Shown here piece by piece: positions 42,901 to 54,900 of a stretch of 64,000 bases of DNA. The stretch is from Macrostomum lignano. Its lineage: Eukaryota. The notes beneath the pieces were generated by a model that was not told where the DNA came from, made no database searches, and saw only the letters and a program-made list of their open reading frames with translations. Made by a program: the position numbers and the translations under genes. Each line of letters opens with the position of its first letter. The first letter of the stretch is position 1. Location: contig NIVC01000042.1 in assembly GCA_002269645.1 (NCBI GenBank), positions 62,001-126,000 of the forward strand. The letters are read 5' to 3'.

Positions 42901-45900
42901 GAGCTCCCGCTCCTCGTACAGACGAATATTATCAACGCCAATCTGTGCGCAGAAGTCGCGAAACACGGTGTCCTCAACGCCGTTGAGTTTCTCTCTCTCG
43001 GCCTCGATCAGATTGTGAATCTGCTGCATTCGAATCTGCAGTTTGGCGGCTTCGCCATCGATCTTGTTCAGCTCGCCGCCCATGTCGGTCAAATCGGCCT
43101 CGTTCGACTGTTTCAGCTTTTGCTCCTGATTTAGTAGTTAATAAATAACAGGCAAAAAGCTGATAAGCTACTTTCAGTAGTCTGAATTTATAAGAAAATA
43201 AAAAAGTAAAAATACAATAGACTAAGTAAGTTTCTTACCTAAATATTTTGCTAATTGTAAGATTTACAATGGATTCCTAGATGTACTTTTAGAATAAAAA
43301 GAACAGAACTAAAAATCATGTTATTTAGGCAAAAGCAAACACAAAAATGCAAAATTAAACTTTGTTTTGAGCCGCAACAATACCTCAACAACTATTCAAT
43401 CAATGATAAACTGAAAAATGATTGATTTGATTCCTGTCTTTGAAAAACTTTCTTAGCAGACAAAATACTTACCTCTGCGTCCTATAAATATAATACGTTA
43501 AAAATAATAAGTAAGATATGGTAAGTAAGTATCTGCAATTACTTAAAAAGGAAAGTATTCGAAATAAAAACATATTCTCGACTGCAACTCCTACGCTTAT
43601 ATTTCTACAGCAGCCCAGAGCTGCTAGCCAATCACCGCAGAGTGAACTACAGCCCAGAGCTGCTAGCCAATCACCGCAGAGTGAACTACAGCCCAGAGCT
43701 GCTAGCCAATCACCGCAGAGTGAACTACAGCCCAAGGCTGCTAACCAATCACTGCAGAGTGAACTACAGCCCAGAGCTGCTAGCCAATCACCGCAGAGTG
43801 AACTACAGCCCAGAGCTGCTACCCAATCACGGCAGAGTGAACTACAGCTCATGGCTGCTAGCTAATCACAGCAGGGTGAACTGCAGCTCATGTCTGCTAG
43901 CCAATCACAGCAGGGTGAACTGCAGCTCATGGCTGCTAGCCAATCACAGCAGAGTGAACTGCAGCTCATGTCTGCTAGCCAATCACAGCAGAGTGAACTG
44001 CAGCTCAGAGCTGCTAGTTAATCACGGCAGTGAACTGCAGCTTATGGCTGCTACTCAATCACGGCAGAGTGAACTGCAGCTTATGGCTGCTACCCAATCA
44101 CGGCAGAGTGAACTGCAGCTTATGGCTGCTATCCAATCACGGCAGAGTGAACTGCAGCTTAGATTTCTCACACAGCTCATTTCCATTCACCGATCTCAAC
44201 TTGAGATTCTCAAGACTTGATTATCGATTTTAGGAAGAGACACGGCATGAAGAATAGTGTTGATGAGCTCAAGCAAGCGATTTCAGTCCAATCAAAATTA
44301 TTAAAAATCAATAGGCCGTTTCCAACAGCAACTCACGGTGGTGTCCCGATCCTTCTCTGTATACTTCAGCCGGGTCTCCAGGCCCTGAATAGACGACTGA
44401 ACATTCTTCAATTCGGCCTCCTTCCTTTTAATCTTCATCAAATCTTTGAGCTCGGCCTGCAGCTTCTCTTTCTTGTTCTTCAGATTGGCCACCTGTTTCT
44501 CGTCCCATCGTCTGGCCCTGGCGCGCAGCTCGCTGGCTCCGCCGCTGATGACTCCGCTCTTCTGGAACAGGGTGCCATCCAGGCTGACGGTCTTCTTTCT
44601 CCCACCAGTCTTGTAGGCCACGTAGCGAGCGTCCTCGACTGTTTCGCAGACCAGCGCGTTGCCGCAGGCGAATTGCAGCGCCTTCTTAATGGTCGGCGGA
44701 TCAAAGTGAATCACGTCGATCACCAGGTGGACATTCTCTGGCGATTTAATTCCGCGAAGCTTCTCGTCTATAGGAGCCACGTCCAGGTAGTCTAACGGCA
44801 GGAAGGTCTCGGGCTCGAGTCGCTGCTCCTTCATGTAGGTGATGCAGTCTTTGGCCGTGCTCTCGGAGTCGACCACGATCGCGTCCATGTACTTGCCGAG
44901 CACCTGTCAGGGCAGTGGTTTTATTGCGGTTGTTAATTAAGCTTAGAGTATAGTACTTAGCCTAGCAGGTTAAGCAGATTCGGTCACGGTTAGCACACAG
45001 CCGTTTAAGCTCTAAAGCTGTAGTAGAAATTCTAAGTGAGAAGTTATGGCCCTTGCAATCTTATAATTCATGCATCCCAACTGTACAATCCAGCTAATCC
45101 CAACACTGTACAATCCGGCTAATCCCAACACTGTACAATCCGGCTAATCCCAACACTGTACAATCCAGCGAATCCCAATACTGTACAATCCAGCATCCAG
45201 CTAATCCCAACACTGTACAATCCAGCTAATCTCAATACTGTACAATCCAGCTAATCCCAACACTGTACAATCCAGCTAATCTCAATACTGTACAATCCAG
45301 CTAATCCCAACACTGTACAATTCAGCTAATCCCAAAACTGTACAATCCAGCTAATCCCAACACTGTACAATCCAGCTAATCCCAACACTGTACAATCCAG
45401 CATCCAGCTAATCTCAATACTGTACAATCCAGCTAATCCCAATACTGTACAATCCAGCTAATCCCTATACTGTACAACCAGCTAATCCAATACTGTACAA
45501 TCCAGCTAATCCCTATACTGTACAATCCAGCTAATCCCTATACTGTACAATCCAGCATCCAGCTAATCCCAATACTGTAAAATTCAGCTAATCCCAATAC
45601 TGTACAATCCAGCTAATCCCAATACTGTACAATCCAGCTAATCCCTATACTGTACAATCCAGCTAATCCCAATACTGTACAATCCAGCTAATCCCAATAC
45701 TGTACAATCCAGCTAATCCCTACACTGTACAATCCAGCTAATCCCTATACTGTACAATCCAGCTAATCCCAATACTGTACAATCCAGCTAATCCCTATAC
45801 TGTACAATCCAGCTAATCCCTATACTGTACAATCCAGCATCCAGCTAATCCCAATACTGTAAAATTCAGCTAATCCCAATACTGTACAATCCAGCTAATC

Positions 45901-48900
45901 CCAATACTGTACAATCCAGCTAATCCCAATACTGTACAATCCAGCTAATCCCAATACTGTACAATCCAGCTAATCCCAATATTGAACAATACTGTACAAT
46001 CCAGCTAATTCCAATACTGCATAATCCAGCTAATCCCAATGCGACGAAATCCCATGCTCACCTTAGTAATAGCCACCTGATATTTCCGATGCGAAGGCTC
46101 GCACATTTCCAACAGCCGGCCAGACACGCTGGGAAACAGTCGCTTAAGATTTTCGATAAGTTCGCGCTTACGCTGAGCCCTGGAGCTTTCGGTTCGCTCA
46201 ACACTGGCATCGCCAAGCTGCCTGTCAATTTCGGCCAGCTCCTGTTGAAGCTTCTCCAGCCGTTCATTAGCCGTGTTGATCTCCTCAGTGAGGCGCTCGG
46301 CCAGCTGCCTGAGCTCGTGAATCTGCTGCCTAGAGGACGATATGTACTCTTCTAGTTTGGATAGGCGCTTCTGATTCTCGCTTAGCTCGGTCTCTTTGCG
46401 CTTGTAGGAGCTCACAATGTCGTTCTTGTGGCGAACCTGATAGTGCGAGAGATGCAGGAGCTTTACTTTGATTGTCTATAGCTAACTCTGAGAGCCACTC
46501 TAACCTGAACCTGTTTGAACCTGAACCTTCAGTGACAGCTGCTAAATCTATCAGGATCTATCAGACAGCTGCTAAATCTATCAGGATCTATCAGACAGCT
46601 GCTAAATCTATCAGGATCTATCAGACAGATGCTAAATCTATCAGGATCTATCAGACAGCTGCTAAATCTATCAGGATCTATCAGACAGCTGCTAAATCTA
46701 TCAGGATCTATCAGACAGATGCTAAATCTATCAGGATCTATGAGACAGCTGCTAAATCTATCAGGATCTATCAGACAGCTGCTAAATCTATCAGGATCTA
46801 TCAGACAGATGCTAAATCTATCAGGATCTATCAGACAGCTGCTAAATCTACCAGGATCTATCAGACAGCTGCTAAATCTATCAGGATCTATCAGACAGCT
46901 GCTAAATCTACCAGGATCTATCAGACAGCTGCTAAATCTATCAGGATCTATCAGACAGCTGCCAAACCCCTTAGACTCCTTCAGTCAGTGTCTGTTGGCA
47001 CTGCAAGCACGAACCATAGCATCGTAGCTGTCCTTGTCTTCCCTGTACTCTCTCTCGTGATCGTCCAGCCGAGCCTGAATGCCGGCAGTCTCAATGGCCA
47101 CCTGCTGTTTAAGCCGATTGTACTCTTGCACCTGAGAATCGGCCAGCTGCAGATCTTTGCCCTGGCTAACGTACTGCTGGCTCTGCCTCTGCTCCCAGTC
47201 GTCTCGCAGGCTTTGCACTTTACGCAATTCGGCTTCGAGATGGCTGGTCTCCTGCACGTGAGCAGTGTTGGCTAGGCGAGCGTTCTCCAGTGACTTCTTG
47301 CAGTCGTTGCACTTGTCCTGGGTTGCGTTTGATGGCGGGGTGGTGAAGCTAAAATTCAAAATCCTTGTCACGGAAATTCTCCATCTTGACCCCGAAATAA
47401 AGTTCCCACCCCATCACGAAAATTCCCCATCACACGGCATCACTGCACGGAAATTCCCCATCATGACGATTGACGAGATTCCATTGCCGGCACGGACATT
47501 CCCGGCCTCGATCCAGCAATTCCCTATCTCAATCCCAAAGCCACCCATTATGTCCCTAAAATGTCACATCCCTACCACAGAAAATCGCTTTTGTGATCCC
47601 TACCCGAAATTCCCCACCGCAAGCAAGATCATCAGCCTCAAGTAGTATCAAACCTGCAAATGCCGCATTCTCTCCTTGCAGCGTATGTGATCCGGTTTCT
47701 TTTTGTTAATCTTGAACTCGGCTTTCTTTATCTCCTGCTCCAGCTGGCCGGCTTCGCGCTGCAGTTTTGCCTGCTCCTTCTTCTTGGCTTTCATTTCTTC
47801 TTCGATTTCGGCTCGAGCTGCGTGCTCTTTCTGGAAATTTGAGTAAAGAAAACAAATTAGTTATGGTGCTGCAATCAGTGAGACTCAGTCCCCAATGGTG
47901 CTGCAATCAGTGAGACTCACTCCCCAATGTTGCTGCAATCAGTGAGACTCAGTCCCCAATGGTGCTGCACTGCAATCAGTGAGACTCAGTCCCCAATGGT
48001 GCTGCAATCAGTGAGACTCAGTCCCCAATGGTGCTGCACTGCAATCAGTGAGACTCAGTCCCCAATGGTGCTGCAATCAGTGAGACTCAGTCCCCAATAA
48101 TGCTGCAATCAGTGAGACTCACTCCCCAATAATGCTGCAATCAGTGAGACTCAGTCCCCAATAATGCTGCAATCAGTGAGGGTACTCAGTCCCCAATAAT
48201 GCTGCAATCAGTGAGACTCACTCCCCAATAATGCTGCAATCAGTGAGACTCACTCCCCAATAATGCTGCAATCAGTGAGACTCACTCCCCAATAATGCTG
48301 CAATCAGTGAGACTCACTCCCCAATAATGCTGCAATCAGTGAGACTCACTCCCCAACAGTCCCCAATATCAGAAGGCAAACAGAGTCGCACCTGCAAGTT
48401 CTTCTCCTTGCTCTCTAATTCGCCTTTCACTGTGCGAATCTCCTGCTCATTATAGTAGAGCTTGAACTGCATCAGGTCCATCTGCTTGGCGGAGTATTCC
48501 TGCTTCAATCGTTTGAATTTCTCCGCTTCCTCTTTCTCCATTTTGGCTTCCTTCCGCTCGGCAACCATGCCTTTCTTCTTGTTGTACGTAGTCTGCGTCT
48601 CCAGCTCGGCCTGCGGCATTTTATTGGAGTGGGGGCGAATTTCATGTCTTTGTTTAGCTTGTAAAACAATAAGATTTTACAAAATAGACTCATTACTGAT
48701 TGATTTAGTGTGAATAACCATCGGTTCAATAATTCAAAAGTTGCATCATTTATCAGGAATTCCTTTTATTACTGATTCCCCGTCGTTTCCTAACCCCTTG
48801 TTTCTTCTTACCCCTTCATTCCCAATTCCCCTCCATTTTTTATTCTCCTAACTTTATTCCCGATTCCCCCATTTTTTATCCCCCCTTCATCCCGGCGATT

Positions 48901-51900
48901 CCCCATTTTTTATCCCCCCTTCATCCCGGCGATTCCCCATTTTTTGTCCCCCCTTCATCCCGGCGATTCCCCATTTTTTATCCCCCCTTCATCCCGGCGA
49001 TTCCCCATTTTTTATCCCCCCCTTCATCCCGGCGATTCCCCATTTTTTATCCCTTCCTTCATCCCGGCGATTCCCCATTTTTTATCCCCCCTTCATCCCC
49101 GCGATTCCCCATTTTTTATCCCCCCTTCATCCCGGCGATTCCCCATTTTTTATCCCCCCTTCATCCCGGCGATTCCCCATTTTTTATCCCCCCTTCATCC
49201 CGGCGATTCCCCATTTTTTATCCCCTCTTCATCCCGGCGATTCCCCATTTTTTATCCCCCCTTCATCCCGGCGATTCCCCATTTTTTATCCCCCCCTTCA
49301 TCCCGGCGATTCCCCATTTTTTATCCCCCCTTCATCCCGGCGATTCCCCATTTTTTATCCCCCCTTCATCCCGGCGATTCCTCATTTTTTATCCCCCCCC
49401 CCTTCATCCCGGCGATTCCCCATTTTTTATCCCCTCTTCATCCCCGCGATTCCCCATTTTTTATCCCCTCTTCATCCCCGCGATTCCCCATTTTTTATCC
49501 CCCCTTCATCCCCGATTCCCTATTTTTTATCCCTCCTTCATCCCCGCGATTCCCCATTTTTATCCCTCCCAACTCCCGATTCCTTCATTTTATTAAGAAA
49601 AGCTTAGGTTACAAATTGCAAAAAGCACTTTCCGAAAGCTCACCTGCTCCATCTCGGCCTTGGCATTATCGTACTCCTCCTTCAGTTCGATACTTTTGCT
49701 TAACTCTTCGAGCATCTGGCAGCGCTCTTTGGGATTTTTCAGGGCGATAGCCTCGACCGCGCCCTGGAATACTAAGAAATTCTTGCCTTTCATAAAGATC
49801 TGGATTTTTTCCAACGCGGCGGAGTACTCTTCAGCGCGAACCGTCTGCGGAAAATAAGAAAAAAATGATGCAAAACACGTGTGCTGATGACGATTTTATC
49901 ACTGGCAGTATATGACTCTATAATCTTTAAAGAGCCCTTGTAAATGGGTCGTTGCTTACCCTCTCTTTGGGGTCTTTAAGAAGGTCGCTGCCCACCCCAC
50001 CACCCTCTCAGTCCTCAGCTTGGCCGCTGCTCACCCCACCACCCTCTCAGTCCTCAGCTTGGCCGCTGCTCACCCCACCACCCTCTCAGTCCTCAGCTTG
50101 GCCGCTGCTCACCCCACCACCCTCTCAGTCCTCAGCTTGGCCGCTGCCCACCCCACCACCCTCTCAGTCCTCAGCTTGGCCGCTGCTCACCCCACCACCC
50201 TCTCAGTCCTCAGCTTGGCCGCTGCTCACCCCACCACCCTCTCAGTCCTCAGCTTGGCCGCTGCTCACCCCACCACCCTCTCGGTGCTCAGCTTGGCCGC
50301 TGCTCACCCCAGCTTCAGCTTGGCCGCTGCTCACCCCAGCTTCAGCTTGGCGTTGGCCGCTGTTCACCCGTGCCTATCAATCCAGAGCTTAACATTTCTG
50401 ATGCTTCTCTTTACCCTTCATAGACCCTCACCGAATTGTTAATTTTGTACTCAGACGTGTTGCCGTGGATGTGCCTGGAGAATCGAGTCTCTTGCTTGTC
50501 CTCGGACTCGTACACGACGGCCACAAAAGCGGATTTGGCTACGGGACGTTCAACAACGGCGCCGTGGATTAGCTCGCTAAGCTTCTTCACGCGTAGGTGG
50601 CGAGTCTGGTCGCCGAGCACGAAGGAGAGAGCGTCCATGAGGTTGGACTTGCCTGCGTGTGCGAAATACACAGCAGAATTAGGTGCAGTTTTCATGGATT
50701 AGTCTATGGCTAAAGCTGGTGTTGGAGCTTAGAGTAGGATGTGAATGGGAAGACTGAGCAAAAAGACAATAATTGTGATTGAGTGATATCGGTAGCAGAA
50801 AAAATTGCAGCTCACTGTAGTTGTGACAAAGCAGATCACAGGAATGTATGAAAATATAACAATATAGTCATCAACCATCATATCATTAATCAATCCGTCA
50901 ACCTATACTAAATGTATAATACTTGTCTACCTGTCTAGGTCTGGGCAACAGACTACAGACTGAAATTATTGCAAAACATTGCAAATTGTTCAAGGATTGT
51001 ACCAATAAAATTTCTTTTGTCTACTTTAATCCTAATTCCAAAATGTACTAAATATAAGAAAAATGATTTTCTCCATTGTTTTCAATAAGAGGCTAGAAAA
51101 GGTCAATATCTTGATTGATTGATTTGTAATTCCAATTGAGATTAAGTTATAAGTTCTCTGTTTTCACTATATAAGCCTCAATATTGGCTATATACAAGAG
51201 AAAAGAAAATGCTAAATAGCTATATTCTGCCCTAGGCTGACTAGCAAACTGCATAGATAATTGCTATTTTTAGATTTCACTCAACTTAATTCCTTTACTC
51301 ACTTAACAGGCTAGGTCTAAGGTCCTAGGTTCAAGTATGCCTCCCAATAGACAATTAAAATTGAATTCATTTATTTATAGCTTATACCTTGACTAATTGG
51401 AGCATTTCTAATTAGGACCTAATTAGCATTAAGCAATATATACTTAATGAATTTTTTGCTATATTGCTTAAGTCAATAAATAAATTTGATTTATAAAAAA
51501 CTACTTTGAATAATATTATTCTTATCAGTATGGGATATTTTAATATAGCTATTTTTAGATTTATCTTTAAATAAACTAAAACATACTATAAATTAATCTA
51601 ATATTCCTTTTGCACCAAATATAACAATTTTTAAATAGGTTAATAGATCTATAAAAAGAAAAATAAAGCAAAAAATTATTGAAAAAAAATGTAATATGCA
51701 ATTCATATAAAAATACTATTATTAAAATAAATAATAATTAATTTTTTATTTGTTTTTTTGTTATAAGCAGTGATAAATTATACTTATTATTTTTGTAACT
51801 ACAAGAGTTGGTGTAATTCTTGTTTATACATTTTTAACTATTGTTTACTATTCTTTCTAAGCCAAACTTTCATATAGAGTTCTGTTTATAACCCTATTGG

Positions 51901-54900
51901 AATAAGTTTCAAAAATCTGCGGACGCACGACACGGGTGCCAAAATTGTACCCTCAAAAGCAGGACGCGACACCAAATTTTGTTGACTGGGGGGCAGCGAC
52001 GTGCAATGCAACACCAATGTCTGTTGACCAAATGACTGGGAGGGGAGGACGAGGATGCCACAGCAGCCACATTGCAATTGACAATTCTCATTCTGCTATT
52101 CACTCCCAACACCAAGACCATGGGGCGAGGGATGAAAGTATTCCTTTTAATTTTGCAGAAAAAGAAATGAAATCTGGGTTTTTTTTTCGCCAGAGATAAG
52201 GTGCGAAATCGCACCTTGTGCCAAATTTCAAGGTGCGATTTTAAGGCTCAGAGTGCAATTTCTCTTGAGTCTTGTTTAGAATGTGAGGGTTTCACGAGAG
52301 ATATTCAGACAGACATTCGAAACGATCGTCTGTAACTTTAAACAAAATTGACCCGCTTCAACCATCTTTTTGGCAAATACTTACGCAAGTGTTGGGCGTC
52401 GAATAAGCTTTAATTTATTAACTGAAGTAAAAATCCTTCTGACATACATTGATTTAAAAATTGCTTAGCAACACTAGCTCTGATTAGAAATCGCTTTACT
52501 GTTGACTAAAATTGTTTTGATCGTAGCAGCCTAAAAGCAGATACTGGATTTAAAAATGCTTCGATTTACTCTATACGCATGTCTCAGCTTTAAAATGACA
52601 CCTCAGGCGTCGCAAAAGACAGCTTTGATGCTGAGATATTCGACACTAAACATGCATTGCTTTGCGCAATCTCACATTTAGAAATTTCACTGATTTTTTG
52701 TCGATATTTGTGCAGTTGCCGTGTCCTTGTTTTTCATCAGAAACTTGTCAAATTCTAGTCATGTCCAGTTTAAACCTGGACTTCTCTTAAACTGTCTTAA
52801 GTATTTGATTTTTAATGATTCCTGCCTTTATATTGCATAGATTGTACCTGAGTCAGTGAGTCTGTGAGTGTACATTTGTACATATGGCAACCAATCATGA
52901 CTTTTTCACCGCTTTGCGGTTCAAATAAATATACGAGTGTACGAGAAACATGTTCCAACTGTTATTGAGAGAAATTGACGTCGCGTTTATTAACAGTCAG
53001 TGGCAATTAATATGAAGCAAATAGTTTATTGTTATGTTTTTACTTTTTTTGCGTGGCAATTCTGCTATCCAAATCGGAATGAGGTAAGCGGTGGGAATAA
53101 AATAAAAAGGAAGAATTTTTTCTACTGTTGTTGCAACCCAATAGCTATATGTACTTCAAACTTTTTAGATTGAACAGGCAATTTCTAATGTACTGCTAAG
53201 CTTTCCAATCCCTACGGACTACAGTAGCAGTTCTTAACTTTTTTTCTGTCTTGACTTCTAGACTCGGAATTCGGAACGACCTAAGGAGCCGCATGAAAAT
53301 ATTTAATTGGATAAAGATATTTTCTAAAAACAGCTCAAGTTGTGACACATCTTCTTCTCACCTCAGTCCATCAACTGCTGCTCCTTCTGAGACCAAAGTG
53401 ATCGTGAAAGTAAAACAGATCAGTTTAGATCCCATGGCCATGAATACAACCATTTCAATTGTGAACCTGCTTCGCTTACAAGTACGAGCACTAGCCTTCC
53501 ATTTGATGCCATTAGCTCACTTAACTCTGAAATAGTTCAAGGACGGTTCCAAATGTTGAGATCTGACATAGAAGCAGTCCAATTTGTGGAAATTTATCAA
53601 CTGGACTCCATGAATCACTCCAATGAAAGGCGGCGAATAGCTGCAGAATGCGTAAACAAGTTTAAGTGAGTCACAAAAACCCCATTTACTGTAACTACAT
53701 ACACTTGTACGTTAGCAAGGCTCCATGCGATGGTTAATAAATGGAGAAGTAGACAAGCATCTGAACAAATATTGAATAAAAATCAGTGAAGTTTCCGAAT
53801 GTGAGTTTGAGCAAAGCAATGTTTAGTGTCGAATATCTCAGCATCAAAACTGTCTTTTGCAATGCCTGAGGTGTCATTTTAAAGCTGAGACATGCGTATA
53901 GACATGACTAGAATTTGACAAGATTCTGATGAAAAACAAGGACATGGCAACTGCACAAATATCGACAAAAAATCAGTGAAATTTCTGAATGTGAGATTGC
54001 GCAAAGCAATGCATGTTTAGTGTCGAATATCTCAGCATCAAAGCTGTCTTTTGCGACGCCTGAGGTGTCATTTTAAAGCTGAGACATGCGTATAGAGTAA
54101 ATCGAAGCATTTTTAAATCCAGTATCTGCTTTTAGGCTGCTACGATCAAAACAATTTTAGTCAACAGTAAAGCGATTTCTAATCAGAGCTAGTGTTGCTA
54201 AGCAATTTTTAAATCAATGTATGTCAGAAGGATTTTTACTTCAGTTAATAAATTAAAGCTTATTCGACGCCCAACACTTGCGTAAGTATTTGCCAAAAAG
54301 ATGGTTGAAGCGGGTCAATTTTGTTTGAAGTTACAGACAATCATTTTGAATGTCTGTCTGAATGGGTCTCCCTAAAACACGCCCCGCACTGCCCTGCAGC
54401 GCTACACATTAAAACAAATTGGACTATAACTAAAGACACTTCAGAATGCGTTTTCTGTTAAGCTTCAAGTTTTTATTAAATTTAGTTTTTTTACTTTGAA
54501 ATATAAAATTCTGTGAACAATAAGTGATATTAATAATAATATTAATAAAATAATAATATTATAATTTAATAATGAAAACGAGAATATAAAAAATAATAAT
54601 ATTTAAAAAAATAAATAAGGATATTTATTCCATTACTATTTTAACTTTTCCTTGCAATCAAATACTGCATTGACAAAAAATGTTATAATGTGTAGCAGTT
54701 CGGGGCCCGGTGTGGGGCGTGTTTTAGGGAGCCTTTGTCTGAATATCTCTCGTGAAACCCTCACATTGCTCACATTTCAGACAACTGGGAATGTATATTT
54801 TAATATCTTACATAAGGCTATAGCTATAGGCTATATCGCCTATATGACTTAATAGGATTTAAAGAGTTATTTTGTTTCATATTTTAAGGCAGTGCATAAA

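Larger units (their letters stand above)
52280..54767. mobile_element. Fold-back element with ~490-bp inverted arms (third level of nest), carrying a gene fragment
   Basis: Left arm 52280-52765 is the reverse complement of 53901-54363 plus 54736-54767, with about 7 mismatches counted by eye over the main ~460 bp. No TSD found, so boundaries are approximate. Confidence 0.75.
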
